From positions 288,001-352,000 of the forward strand of contig CAXXYE010000011.1 of the NCBI GenBank assembly GCA_963674865.2: a stretch of 64,000 nt of DNA. The letters run 5' to 3'. Every line of letters starts with the position of its first letter. The first letter of the stretch is position 1. Under the pieces are notes generated by a model. It had not been told where the DNA came from and did no database searches. It saw nothing but the letters and a program-made list of their open reading frames with translations. Shown piece by piece: positions 50,901 to 59,729 of this stretch. Both the position numbers and the translations under genes were made by a program. The stretch comes from Candidatus Hydrogenedentota bacterium (lineage in GTDB: Bacteria; Hydrogenedentota; Hydrogenedentia; Hydrogenedentales; SLHB01).

Positions 50901-51235
50901 ACCCGCTCCTGCGTGTGTTCGGCCTCACCCGCGACGATCTTACGGGGCCGCAGGGGAAGGTGGCCGAAGCGGTGAGGCGCGTTGCGGCGCGCGTGCCGAC
51001 GTACGTCACCATCAAGGACGCCAAGCGGCGCTGGGGACATGCCCAGGAGGATGTGTATCCCGTGGCGCAATTCGAGAAGCTGTGGAGTGACATGACCGGC
51101 CTCGCCGACGTGGCCTGCGGCTACATCGCCGTGCCCCGCTTGCGCGGTCAGCAGCTCAAGGATCCGGCCCAACTCGACGGCTGGGCGAACGACGGCAGCA
51201 AGGAATACGTCGCCCACCTGTGCTCTTTCGCGTGA
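47894..51235 (+). CDS. Fused GHMP-type sugar kinase / UDPGP-family sugar-1-phosphate uridylyltransferase
   Basis: PVRLDLSHSGWSD, IPKGSRLAVST, GSGGGWQD, GGMSGGG; then LGGGVGSRW, PPGH, HNIDTLGA, RGGGL, QFEK. Confidence 0.75.
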   Translation: MAESSPFVETITTDNPERRNQPFLSLCEGFSAAQLLVQCDALETFRRGSDNLYERVRACLFLYGIHRFRLMESPDVSTVGTIPYEGFEDLLARRFEEAIHCFRVALSANGPNGALCSALAASYHELAFQTLADQVRRSVRASRGNQWMFRVGHAEDHPVRVRPELLERPEGALLYPILVEKTPVRLDLSHSGWSDIFFLGMDFPECARVLNISVDLGVHGRDTVCRPPVEAYVRVISEPVLRLTSVDLGCTKDIRDLNDLYNFGNDYLGLLKAGVIASGVIPPSFEGTNQPIDAILSRVVGPRMGLELVTKVNDIPKGSRLAVSTNLLACIVAALMRATGQTQAMTGGLTESERRLAASRAILGEWLGGSGGGWQDSGGVWPAMKVIQGAAAKEGDPEYGVSRGRLLPEHKILGDAELHPEIAARLTASLVPIHGGMAQNVGPILEMVTEKYLLRGKSEWEARLAMRGIFDNILEALRSGDVRTVAANTMDNWIGPLKTIIPWITSRFTETIIERAAAKYGRDFWGFLMLGGMSGGGMAMFVAPERRDAFRDDVLGIMRTTKRELEDALPFAMDPIVYDFSINETGTSASMLHGEDAIMPARYHAVQIPELVHHDPGALPYLRRVELDHFTAHCDKPEDTFTILRTMVGHLFRVTNPATQTERLQWDREAARIKEENGFDAIQHGQFRADLRSGRIGLARNRLPVDTDIEDVREGDVVVMRGDSHARACGETALREGRVAVLSLGGGVGSRWTTGAGVVKTVNPFVSLAGKHRSFLEIHLAKTQRAAARYDAVLPHIVTTSFLTDAPVKKHLALNDNYGYAGPLYLSPGRSISQRLVPMVRDLVFLWEEMPQETLDEQKQKVREAIRGALMEWARDKGEGSDYEDNVAVQRFNPPGHWYEVPNLFRNGVLAELLTECPQVETIMLHNIDTLGADLDPEPLGIHLERGNVLTFEVVPRRIDDRGGGLARVNGRPRLLEGLAQPREEDEFRLRYYNSMTTWIQVDPLLRVFGLTRDDLTGPQGKVAEAVRRVAARVPTYVTIKDAKRRWGHAQEDVYPVAQFEKLWSDMTGLADVACGYIAVPRLRGQQLKDPAQLDGWANDGSKEYVAHLCSFA

Positions 51236-51242
51236 ATAAGGC

Positions 51243-52751
51243 TCAGGTCGCTTTCAGGGCAAGGTACTTGTTGACCGCGTTGACGTAAGCCTGGATGGCC
51301 GCTTCGATGATATCCGTGCTCGCGCCCGTGCCGTAGTACGCCTTCTCGTCGAACTCGACCGTCACGTGCGCCTCGCCAAGGGCGTCTTTCCCCGGGGTGG
51401 CGGCGCGGAGCGAGAAATCGAGCAAGCGCCCGCTGATATCCACAATGCGGTCGATAGCCATGAACGCGGCGTGGATGGGGCCGTCGCCCGTAGCGGTGTC
51501 GAACATCTCCTCGTCGCCCTTGCGGAGTTTCACGAGGGCCATGGCCGGATCGGCCCCGCTCGTCCGGGCATCAACCAGGTGATACGTCTCGAACGACTCG
51601 TTCTGCATCGAGGCGATCAGAACGCGTAGGTCGTCCTCGAACACCTCCTTCTTGCGGTCGGTAAGGACGATAAAGCGCTCGTACAACTGCGCGACCTCAT
51701 CTTGATCAAGCCGGTAGCCAAGTTCCTCGCAGCGTTTGGCCAAGCCGTGCTTGCCCGAGTGTTTGCCGAGCACCAATTCGCTACGGCTGCGGCCCACGGA
51801 TTCCGGCGTCATAATCTCGTACGTGATGCTGCTCGCGATCACGCCGTGCTGATGGATGCCCGCCTCGTGCGCGAAAGCATTGCGCCCCACAATGGGCTTG
51901 TTGTACGGAACGGCGAGTCCCGTCAAATCGCTGAGCAACTTGCTGGAATGGACGATCTCCTCCGTGACGATATTTGTCTCGAAGGGGAACACATTCTGCC
52001 GGACCTTCATGGCCATCACCACCTCTTCGAGGGAGGCGTTCCCGGCGCGCTCGCCGATGCCGTTCACCGTACACTCGACCTGCCGCGCGCCGCCCAGGAT
52101 CGCCGCGAGCGCATTCGCCACCGCCAGCCCGAGGTCATTGTGATTGTGTGAGGAGAAGATGACCTTGTCGGCGCCGCTTGCGTTCGTAATGACGTGGTGG
52201 AACATCGTGTGGATCTCGTTCGGCGTCGTGTATCCCACGGTGTCGGGGAGATTGATCACGTCGGCCCCGGCTTCGATGGCCACATTGGTGATCTCCACGA
52301 GGTAATCGAGGTCGCTTCGCGTCGCGTCCTCCGCGGAGAACTCGACGCGGCCGATGCGGCTCTTCGCCAACCGGACCGCCTCGCCTGCCCGCTCGAGCAC
52401 CTGCTCCCGCGACATCTTGAGCTTATGCTCGAGATGGATGTCCGACGTCGCGATGAACGTGTGCAGTACCGGAGACTCCGCCACTTCGAGAGCCTCCGCC
52501 GCGCGCTCGATATCGCCCTTCACCGCACGCGCCAACGCCGCCACCCGCCTGCCCTTGACTTGGCGGGCGACGTTCTGGACGCTCTCGAACTCTTGCTGCG
52601 AGGCGATGGGGAAGCCCGCCTCGATGATGTCCACGCCGAGCCGCTCGAGTTGAGCGGCCATGCGCAGTTTCTCCTGATCATTCATGCTTGCGCCCGGCGA
52701 TTGCTCGCCATCGCGCAGCGTGGTGTCGAATATCTGAACTTGCTCTGCCAT
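51243..52751 (-). CDS. leuA: 2-isopropylmalate synthase
   Basis: DTTLRDGEQSPG, EAGFP, PDTVG, HNHND.G.AVAN, NGIGERAGN, HEAGIHQHG, regulatory domain. Confidence 0.96.
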   Translation of the reverse strand: MAEQVQIFDTTLRDGEQSPGASMNDQEKLRMAAQLERLGVDIIEAGFPIASQQEFESVQNVARQVKGRRVAALARAVKGDIERAAEALEVAESPVLHTFIATSDIHLEHKLKMSREQVLERAGEAVRLAKSRIGRVEFSAEDATRSDLDYLVEITNVAIEAGADVINLPDTVGYTTPNEIHTMFHHVITNASGADKVIFSSHNHNDLGLAVANALAAILGGARQVECTVNGIGERAGNASLEEVVMAMKVRQNVFPFETNIVTEEIVHSSKLLSDLTGLAVPYNKPIVGRNAFAHEAGIHQHGVIASSITYEIMTPESVGRSRSELVLGKHSGKHGLAKRCEELGYRLDQDEVAQLYERFIVLTDRKKEVFEDDLRVLIASMQNESFETYHLVDARTSGADPAMALVKLRKGDEEMFDTATGDGPIHAAFMAIDRIVDISGRLLDFSLRAATPGKDALGEAHVTVEFDEKAYYGTGASTDIIEAAIQAYVNAVNKYLALKAT

Positions 52752-52923
52752 GGATCCTCCTCGCACGTGCAACGTGCTTAGATCGCAGAGCTTAACAAAG
52801 GCCGAAAAACGAGTCAATCCGAGGAGGACGCAGAACTGAGCCGCGCCATGCCTGGCTCAAACCCTCCCTGCATCGCTGGCCACAGCTTGACCACACCGCG
52901 CAACGCGCGACTCGGCCCCGCGT

Positions 52924-52952
52924 TTGGCGGAGCGATATCGTGTTGCTATAAT
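52924..52952 (+). promoter_or_regulatory. Extended -10 promoter, probably leaderless
   Basis: TTGGCG-17 bp-TATAAT with TG; ATG 7 nt after the -10 box. Confidence 0.6.
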
Positions 52953-52959
52953 CGCCGCC

Positions 52960-53565
52960 ATGACTGCGGAAGAGACATATGGCGGAGAGACGGCCGCTTC
53001 ATCGCCCCAGAGCCGCCTCAGCCCAAAGACCATGCGGCGAATCATCCTCCGGGCGCTGTACGACCGCTATCTCGAATCCCCGCTCGACATGTTGACGCCC
53101 GATGACTTGGCTGACGCCACCGAATTCGACGTCAAGACCTTGTTGAGCAGCGTGCACTATCTGCACGAGCGCGGGTTTGTCGAACTCATGGCGGGCTACA
53201 ACCCGAGGACCTTCGCCGCCGTGCGGATCACGACCGATGGCGTCGACCTCGTCGAGAATCCCTACGAATTTGACCTGCGGTTTCCCTATGAGAACGCTGC
53301 GGATCGAGCGGTTCTCGGCATTCCGCAGCTTCTGGAACGCCTGTCGGCCGAAGCGAACCGCGTTCCCCTCGATGGCTGGCGTCGTCAGACCCTTGTGCGC
53401 GATGTACAGTATCTCCGCGACGAGCTTCTCCGCCCGGCGGGGCACTGGCGGGGCGAAGTACTCCGCACCGTCATCGGATGGATTGCCGCCTGCTTCGACG
53501 AGCCCTACGCAGCCCTGCCTTCCCTGAAGGAGCTGCAAGACGCCCTCGAAAGGGAACTCGCCTAA
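52960..53565 (+). CDS. Hypothetical protein with winged-helix-like N-terminal domain
   Basis: RRIILRALY...VHYLHERGFVE...VRITTDGVDLVE pattern. Confidence 0.6.
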   Translation: MTAEETYGGETAASSPQSRLSPKTMRRIILRALYDRYLESPLDMLTPDDLADATEFDVKTLLSSVHYLHERGFVELMAGYNPRTFAAVRITTDGVDLVENPYEFDLRFPYENAADRAVLGIPQLLERLSAEANRVPLDGWRRQTLVRDVQYLRDELLRPAGHWRGEVLRTVIGWIAACFDEPYAALPSLKELQDALERELA

Positions 53566-53702
53566 CCCGCCTCTCTCACAGCCGCATAGCGAGACTGCGC
53601 GCACCTCACGCAGAACGGGCGCATGGCCCCACAAGCCTGCCGTTAGTGTGCTGACTCATCATTGAAATTGTTTATCTGGAGATGAAGAAGCGTCAAGAAG
53701 AA

Positions 53703-53764
53703 GCGAAAAACGGGGACTGACACAAGCGGAGCGAAGCGAAGACGTGTCTGTCCCTCCTTTTCGC
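53703..53764. repeat. REP-like imperfect inverted repeat between convergent genes
   Basis: GCGAAAAACGGGGACTGACAC-20 nt-GTGTCTGTCCCTCCTTTTCGC (17/21 complementary). Confidence 0.65.
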
Positions 53765-53824
53765 GGCAACAACAAGACATCATTAGTGTGAGTTATGCCA
53801 CTAGCGTCCACCGCCACGGCCCCG

Positions 53825-54676
53825 CTACTGCCCAAACGACTTGATAAGCTCCTCGATCCGCTCCCGCGCACTCTCGACGTGTTCACAAGCCGCGATCACC
53901 TGGGCGCCGGTGAGGCCCAAGGCGGTTATGGCATATTCAGGCGCGTCCGGCGAGCGCCCATTGCTGATCTCGCCGAATCCGGCCTGATAGGCGATGTAAT
54001 TGGCCAACGCCGCCAGCGACGCGAGAGGTGGCTCCTCGCTGCTCAAGCCGGGATCGTGATGATGGCGGATGGCGTCGACGATGTCCGGGGGAAGATCCCA
54101 ATGTTGGGCCAAGAGTGCGCCGCACTCGCTGTGATCCATGCCGAACGCCTCCCGCTCGACCTCGCGGATGAACCGCTGCTCGAGATTGGCCCGATCGGCG
54201 GCCTGCAAGTACGTGCCGGGATAAAGCGTATCAAGCGCGATCTTGCCGATATCGTGCAAGAGCCCGACAACGAAACACCCTTCGGCTTGAATGCGCAGCT
54301 TGCCCGCCGTGTATTCCGCGGCCAGAGCGGCCGCGCTCGAATGACACCAGAGCTGGATGCGGTCGAACTCGCTCAACCCTTTTCCGAGAACGTGGAACGC
54401 CGTCGCCGCGAGGGCGATATTGCGGACCTCGTTGAAGCCGAGAATGACGATGGCGCTTGGAATGCTCGTAATCTGTCGGTAGAAGCCGTAGTAGGCGGAG
54501 TTGACAACCTTGAGCACCGAGGCGGAGAGGCTGGGATCCGACGCGATGTACTTGCCGAGGTCCAGCGCCGATGACTCCGGATCCGCCACGACCTCGAGGA
54601 TCTCCATCAAGACCGTGGGCAGCGTAGGAAGCTTTTCAATACGGCTGACGGCATCGCCTACATTCGGTGTCTCCAA
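53825..54676 (-). CDS. HDOD domain protein
   Basis: LPTLP, DPSLSASVLKVVNSAYYG, W.HS, GLLHDIGK, H...G..LA..W.LP...AIRHHH. Confidence 0.93.
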   Translation of the reverse strand: METPNVGDAVSRIEKLPTLPTVLMEILEVVADPESSALDLGKYIASDPSLSASVLKVVNSAYYGFYRQITSIPSAIVILGFNEVRNIALAATAFHVLGKGLSEFDRIQLWCHSSAAALAAEYTAGKLRIQAEGCFVVGLLHDIGKIALDTLYPGTYLQAADRANLEQRFIREVEREAFGMDHSECGALLAQHWDLPPDIVDAIRHHHDPGLSSEEPPLASLAALANYIAYQAGFGEISNGRSPDAPEYAITALGLTGAQVIAACEHVESARERIEELIKSFGQ

Positions 54677-54748
54677 CAGCTACACCCTCCTGCCGGCTTC
54701 GTCCTGGCCCTCAGCTCGTAGGCCCAGCCGCTTGCCCTGGCGTCACTT

Positions 54749-55015
54749 GACGTCTCCCCGTCCCGTCTCTCGTTTGGAGTTCCAGCTTTAGCTGGCCGCC
54801 GGATCTCCGCAGGAACTTGAGGCCACGAGGCGGATTGTAACCCGCCGACTTATTCTGTCAGTCATCATACGCCAACACCCGACAATGGACAACACCCACA
54901 AGGCCAAGATACGAGCAATAGGCCTATCTCACCCCGCTTCCCTTCCACACCGGCCCCGGCGCCATCGGACGTCTCCCTGTCCTGTTGCTCGTTCGGAGTT
55001 CCAGCTTCAGCGGCC
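54749..55015 (+). repeat. Two degenerate direct repeats of about 48 bp
   Basis: GACGTCTCCCyGTCCyGT...GGAGTTCCAGCTTyAGC at 54749 and 54968 (38/44 identical, hand count). Confidence 0.7.
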
Positions 55016-55222
55016 CTCCGGCCTTCCGCAGCCGCCGCCTGGCCTCCTTGAGGACGAGTGCTCGGCATTCCGCCGCGACTCCGCCACTCCGTGTTCTCCG
55101 CGAACTCCGTGGTTTGCCTTCTGGGACAGTTTCACGCCACCCCACCATCCGCCAACGCGCGGCCTTCCCGAAGACGATTGCTTGGCGTTCTTTGCGGCTT
55201 TGCGTGAGGCATCGTCGCGAGG

Positions 55223-56458
55223 TCACATCCCCTCGGCGCGTTTGATGTGCCCTATCAGGAAGTAGTTGAAATGGCTTCCATTCGGCCCCTCGGCCCCGAG
55301 CACGTAGATGTCATCGCCGATAACGGCGACACCGGGATCGTTGAACACCGCGCCCGGCGGAAGAACGCCGTCGATCCGTAGCCACTGATCCTTCTCGATA
55401 TCGTAGGCCATGGCGAGATCCGACCACACAATCGGCACGGACGCGTCGGCCTCATCCCGTAGCACGCCGCCCACCATGATCGCGTAGCGCCCGGCGTAGA
55501 GACCGCCCTCCCACGCCGTGATGCTGAGCGGCGGCGGCGCGACGCGATCCCACGTATCCTCCTTCGGATCATAGCGCAGACTTTCCCTGAGAGGCGTAGT
55601 CTCGTTCGCCTCATTCCACGTGAGCCCGCCGAAGAGATACAGTTTGCCGCCCGCCGACACCGATGCAGCCCATCCCCGCCCAGGGCCCGGAATCGGCGTT
55701 CGTGTTTGCCAGCCCTTCTCCGGTTGAGCTGGCTCTGACACCTCGACGGTGTCGCGGATGGTCTGGTGACTGTAGCCCTTCTCGGCGAAATCATACTGGT
55801 TGCCGCCCGCGACGACGACGTAGCCCCCGGCGTATCCCACGGCCATGTGCGTTCGCGGTACGTTGAGCGCGCCGAGAGCCTGCCAGCCGTAAGGCTCGCC
55901 TGACGGGTTGATGAGGGCGACGCATTGGCCGTGCGCACGATAGCGAGGCTCCTGGCCCTTATACTGGCACGCCCCGCCGACAACGTAGATGCGATTCTCC
56001 GCCGCGATGGCCCGCACGTACTCCCGGCGAATAGGCAAGTCCGGAAGCCTTTCCCAGGCCACGCTTGCCGCGTCGTAGCGCCAGCCCCAGCGCGATGTCC
56101 TTCGACTGGCGGCGTCCTCCGAGCCATCGCCGCCGGGGATGAATCCCCCGCAGACGTAGACTTTCCCCTCCAAAGCCACCATACCTACCCCGCTGATGCC
56201 GGCGTAGGGGCCGTCGTCCACCCATGGCAGCTTCGTCGTGCGCCATTCGATGGCGCCGAATAGCGGCAGGTCAGCCAGGGCCGGAAGATCCTTCGTCGAA
56301 AGCGGCGGCGCGAAGGTCGTCCCCTCCTTCGGCTTGGCTTTCATATCCGGTGCGCCTGGCTCCTCGGCCTGCGCCCAAGTTCCTGCCAACAGAACCAAGC
56401 ACACTACGGCCATCGCCGAGGCGCGCAGGCGTCCCCCGCTCCCATTCGATACATCCAT
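55223..56458 (-). CDS. Secreted Kelch-repeat protein (NanM-like)
   Basis: Signal peptide; repeated YVxGG...YD...W Kelch units. Confidence 0.85.
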   Translation of the reverse strand: MDVSNGSGGRLRASAMAVVCLVLLAGTWAQAEEPGAPDMKAKPKEGTTFAPPLSTKDLPALADLPLFGAIEWRTTKLPWVDDGPYAGISGVGMVALEGKVYVCGGFIPGGDGSEDAASRRTSRWGWRYDAASVAWERLPDLPIRREYVRAIAAENRIYVVGGACQYKGQEPRYRAHGQCVALINPSGEPYGWQALGALNVPRTHMAVGYAGGYVVVAGGNQYDFAEKGYSHQTIRDTVEVSEPAQPEKGWQTRTPIPGPGRGWAASVSAGGKLYLFGGLTWNEANETTPLRESLRYDPKEDTWDRVAPPPLSITAWEGGLYAGRYAIMVGGVLRDEADASVPIVWSDLAMAYDIEKDQWLRIDGVLPPGAVFNDPGVAVIGDDIYVLGAEGPNGSHFNYFLIGHIKRAEGM

Positions 56459-56538
56459 CGTTCACCTCCCCTCTTGTGGCCGTGCCGACAGTGCTGGCGG
56501 CCTTGGAGATTCTTCTATCGCTGCACGCAGGCCAGGCA

Positions 56539-57654
56539 TCAATCCGGGAGGTCCCATATCACCGCCCTGGCCGAGTAGGTGCCCGCCGCCTTCGCGTAGA
56601 ACACCGTCAGAATGCGCCCGTCCTCGCGCTCAAGGCTGGACGGATACCCGCCATCCCATTCCGGCATGGAAGCCACATACACCGGCTTGTCCCAAGACTT
56701 GCCTCCGTCCGCGCTCACCCGCGCCACGACCCCCAAGTGCCCGGTTCTGCGATCGCCGTAAGTCAGCAAGATGTTTCCGCACTTCAGGCGCAAGAGGTGC
56801 CCGGGGTGCTGCAAACGTTCAGCTACTTCGCCTTCACTACGCCACGTCACACCGTCATCCGTCGAGCGGAGGAGCCTCATGGCCCCAGCCTTCTCACGCG
56901 AGGCCGCAAGCCACTCCCCATCACCAAGATTCAGCAACGCCGTCTCATTCAGATCCGGCGCGATCTTCGAGCGAAGCTGCCACGTCTTACCGTCATCCTC
57001 GCTCACCAAGAAACACGCCCCCCAAGGATCCGGCTTGTCGTGATACGACGTGGTATACGCGGACGCGTTGAGGCGCCCGCCTTCCGACAGCACGATGTCG
57101 CCGAAGGCAACAAACGCACATCCGTTCGGATCGGTGGCGGGAAATCCATCGCTTCGCTCCCAAGTCCTTCCCCCGTCCGTTGAACGGCACACCCAGGGCG
57201 GCAAGATGGCGTCCCGGAAAGGATCGCGTTTCGGTGCATCAGGCTGCTGTACATCCGTCCATCCGCCGACGAGCGCAACCAGATGGCCATGGCCGTCGAG
57301 GCCGATAGAATGGTTCATCCGAACCGTCTTCGGCTCGTGGGCCGTAATTGTGCCGCGCGGCGTCCACGTCGTGCCTTCGTCCTTGCTCGCCCAGCAGGCC
57401 ACATCGCCCTCTACCTGGCCGTGGCTCGGCTTGTCGAAACCGGCTAGCAGAATCGTGCCGTCCGGCAGCCGCGTGAGATTGGGCCAAACCGTTACGTCCG
57501 GCACGGCAGTGAATGACTCGGCCACCGGCGTGTCGCTGTCCTCGACGGCCTCATCCTTCATGACTTCACCCTCTCCTTCCGCAAGAAAACCAAACGCACA
57601 AAGCGCAACAATGCTCAACGGCATCATCCCCAAACGTCTGTTGCTCGATCTCAT
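56539..57654 (-). CDS. Secreted BNR/Asp-box (sialidase-family) protein
   Basis: Five Asp-boxes: SKDEGTTW, STDGGRTW, SEDDGKTW, STDDGVTW, SADGGKSW; GYPSS. Confidence 0.85.
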   Translation of the reverse strand: MRSSNRRLGMMPLSIVALCAFGFLAEGEGEVMKDEAVEDSDTPVAESFTAVPDVTVWPNLTRLPDGTILLAGFDKPSHGQVEGDVACWASKDEGTTWTPRGTITAHEPKTVRMNHSIGLDGHGHLVALVGGWTDVQQPDAPKRDPFRDAILPPWVCRSTDGGRTWERSDGFPATDPNGCAFVAFGDIVLSEGGRLNASAYTTSYHDKPDPWGACFLVSEDDGKTWQLRSKIAPDLNETALLNLGDGEWLAASREKAGAMRLLRSTDDGVTWRSEGEVAERLQHPGHLLRLKCGNILLTYGDRRTGHLGVVARVSADGGKSWDKPVYVASMPEWDGGYPSSLEREDGRILTVFYAKAAGTYSARAVIWDLPD

Positions 57655-57902
57655 TGCTCGTCCCTCTCGCGGGTGATCCACCCGGGGGCTATTCGTCTTC
57701 CAGCAAAGCCGCCGCCATTCTAGTGCTCCTGTATCCGGCCGTCAACGCGTGGCGCTCCAAGCCGCATGTCATGCAGTCTCAGCCGAACTCTCACACGGAC
57801 TTCGCTGGAGACGAGGCTCCGGCTATAATGTCCCCCTGAACGAGACGCTTGACCATAGAAGCTCCCGGCCAAGGTCGGGGCCTTTGCAGCGAAAGGGAAG
57901 TG

Positions 57903-59729
57903 ATGTCTAAGGATGCGGCCGGAAAGCCACCGAATAACCGGCCACAGGAGATCTTGGTGTTGAAAAAGAAGAACTTACAAATGCTTTCTGGCCGCATCCC
58001 ACCCGGAGCGGCGCTTTCAGGCCAGATTTCTAGCCATTCTCCAAGAAACGCCGGCTATATCCTACTGATGCTTGTCGCGCTTTCGGCGGCAATCGCGCTC
58101 TCGGCGGGCGCCGCCGCGCCAACCATCCAAGCCGTCACCTTCGAGTCCCCGAACGACGCATTCCGCTTCTATCACATTCGCGTGGCCTTGAGCGCCGCCG
58201 ATGACGCCTTCGATGTCAAAGCCGTCGAGGTCGCCGGCCAAGAGCGGCTCTTTGTAGCGACCGTCGACGGCAAACTGCGTCAGATCGAGGACAACGGGCG
58301 CGTCCGCCGGGCGTCGAACGGCAATGTCCCCGCCGCATCCCCCTCGGCTATGCACATTAAGTGCCCCTGGAAAAACGACGCGACCTACCCCCTCATTCTG
58401 CATTGCGTGCCGCACAGCGGCGGCGATCCCTTCGACCTGAACGCCGCGGCAGCGGCCCCCGCTGCGGGTGGATTTCCCTATCCCGGCTGGCGTGAACACC
58501 GGATGCTGGCGCTGCGAGAGGACGCCGGAATCGCCCGCGCGAACGAGCCCTTCCTCTTCTTTCTCTCAGACAACGGACGAAACATCCGCTCCTGGCAAGA
58601 GGAACTGCGTATCGCCCGCTACGACCTCGCTTCCCATAAGACGGAAGAGATCCCGAGCCAAGTGCTCTACGAGAAGCGGCGCTTCGACACGCCGAAACAG
58701 GAAGCGGCCTATGCCACCTGCCAAGTGGCCATGCTCGCGGACGTCCCCGCCGGCGGGAAGGCGTATTACCTGATCGCCTATGGCAATCCCGACGCCGAGG
58801 CGCCCGACTACTCCTCGGACCTTTCGATAGAGGGACGCGAAGACGGCAGTCAGTGGATTGAGAACGACTTCTATGAGCTTCGCCTGGACCCGGCCTCCGG
58901 CCAAATTGCCGGACTTCGCTCCAAGCAATTCGGCGCCGGCGAATACCGCGGCTTTGGACTGCACGAGGACTCCAAATACGTCCTGCATTACAACCCCGAC
59001 GTGTGGGTGAAGGGGCGCAGTTGGACCCACACCCACGGATGGAATCCTCCCCCTGAGACCACCACAGTGAGCGGGCCCGTGGCCGTCGTTACGCGGCGCT
59101 GGGGCCATCTGCCACGCGCTCCGGAGGTCGAGGTCGAAGTCACATACCATTGCTTCAGCCATTCGCCCTACTGCCTTGTCGAATCCACCATGGACGTGCT
59201 CCACGACCTCGTCGTCAACGCCTTGCGCAACGAGGAAGTGGTTTTCCTGCCGGCCGAAGTGGACCACGCTGGCTGGCGGCGGCCTAACGGCGAACTCGGA
59301 TACAAGCCGATGACTCAGGAGCCCGGCCTTACGCCCGGTATGGTGCAGATCGTCGAGCCCGACGCTCCGTATGTTTGCATGGTGCGCGAGGCCAACGGAC
59401 TCGGAATCGCCAGCTTCCGCCTGAGCCAGCACGCCGGATCGCGGAGCGACCAAGACCCCGTCATCGTCGCGAGTATGACCATCCTCGCCGACTACAACTG
59501 GGGATTCCGCTACTGGAGCCGTGCCCTCGTGTATCCCTGGGGCGATCACCTCCCCGACCAGCCCACGATTCTCAACGAAGGCACGTACTATGGCGAGAAA
59601 AGCGCCTTCTGTCTCTTCCCCCTAGGCGATGGCGACAGCCCGGCCGAACGATTGGCCTACGTCGAAGCGTTGTACAAGAAGCTATGCTGCCCGCTCCGGA
59701 TCGATCATCAAGGCGCCGGCCCCTGGTGA
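57903..59729 (+). CDS. Hypothetical secreted protein (beta-supersandwich-like C-terminus) with 41-aa repeat-derived insert before the signal peptide
   Basis: AGGGA RBS before ATG 57903; TATAAT at 57824; signal ILLMLVALSAAIALSAGAAA; EIPSQV, IENDFYELRLD, SGPV motifs. Confidence 0.7.
   Translation: MSKDAAGKPPNNRPQEILVLKKKNLQMLSGRIPPGAALSGQISSHSPRNAGYILLMLVALSAAIALSAGAAAPTIQAVTFESPNDAFRFYHIRVALSAADDAFDVKAVEVAGQERLFVATVDGKLRQIEDNGRVRRASNGNVPAASPSAMHIKCPWKNDATYPLILHCVPHSGGDPFDLNAAAAAPAAGGFPYPGWREHRMLALREDAGIARANEPFLFFLSDNGRNIRSWQEELRIARYDLASHKTEEIPSQVLYEKRRFDTPKQEAAYATCQVAMLADVPAGGKAYYLIAYGNPDAEAPDYSSDLSIEGREDGSQWIENDFYELRLDPASGQIAGLRSKQFGAGEYRGFGLHEDSKYVLHYNPDVWVKGRSWTHTHGWNPPPETTTVSGPVAVVTRRWGHLPRAPEVEVEVTYHCFSHSPYCLVESTMDVLHDLVVNALRNEEVVFLPAEVDHAGWRRPNGELGYKPMTQEPGLTPGMVQIVEPDAPYVCMVREANGLGIASFRLSQHAGSRSDQDPVIVASMTILADYNWGFRYWSRALVYPWGDHLPDQPTILNEGTYYGEKSAFCLFPLGDGDSPAERLAYVEALYKKLCCPLRIDHQGAGPW
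57909..58031 (+). mobile_element. 123-bp palindromic MITE-like element, copy B (in frame)
   Basis: Internal inverted repeat GGATGCGGCCGGAAAGC / GCTTTCTGGCCGCATCC (16/17); junctions TCTAAG and TCTAGC; colinear with copy A. Confidence 0.8.

Noticed and set aside
54749..55015. CRISPR array
   Set aside because: Only two degenerate repeats, an intervening stretch of about 170 bp and no cas genes
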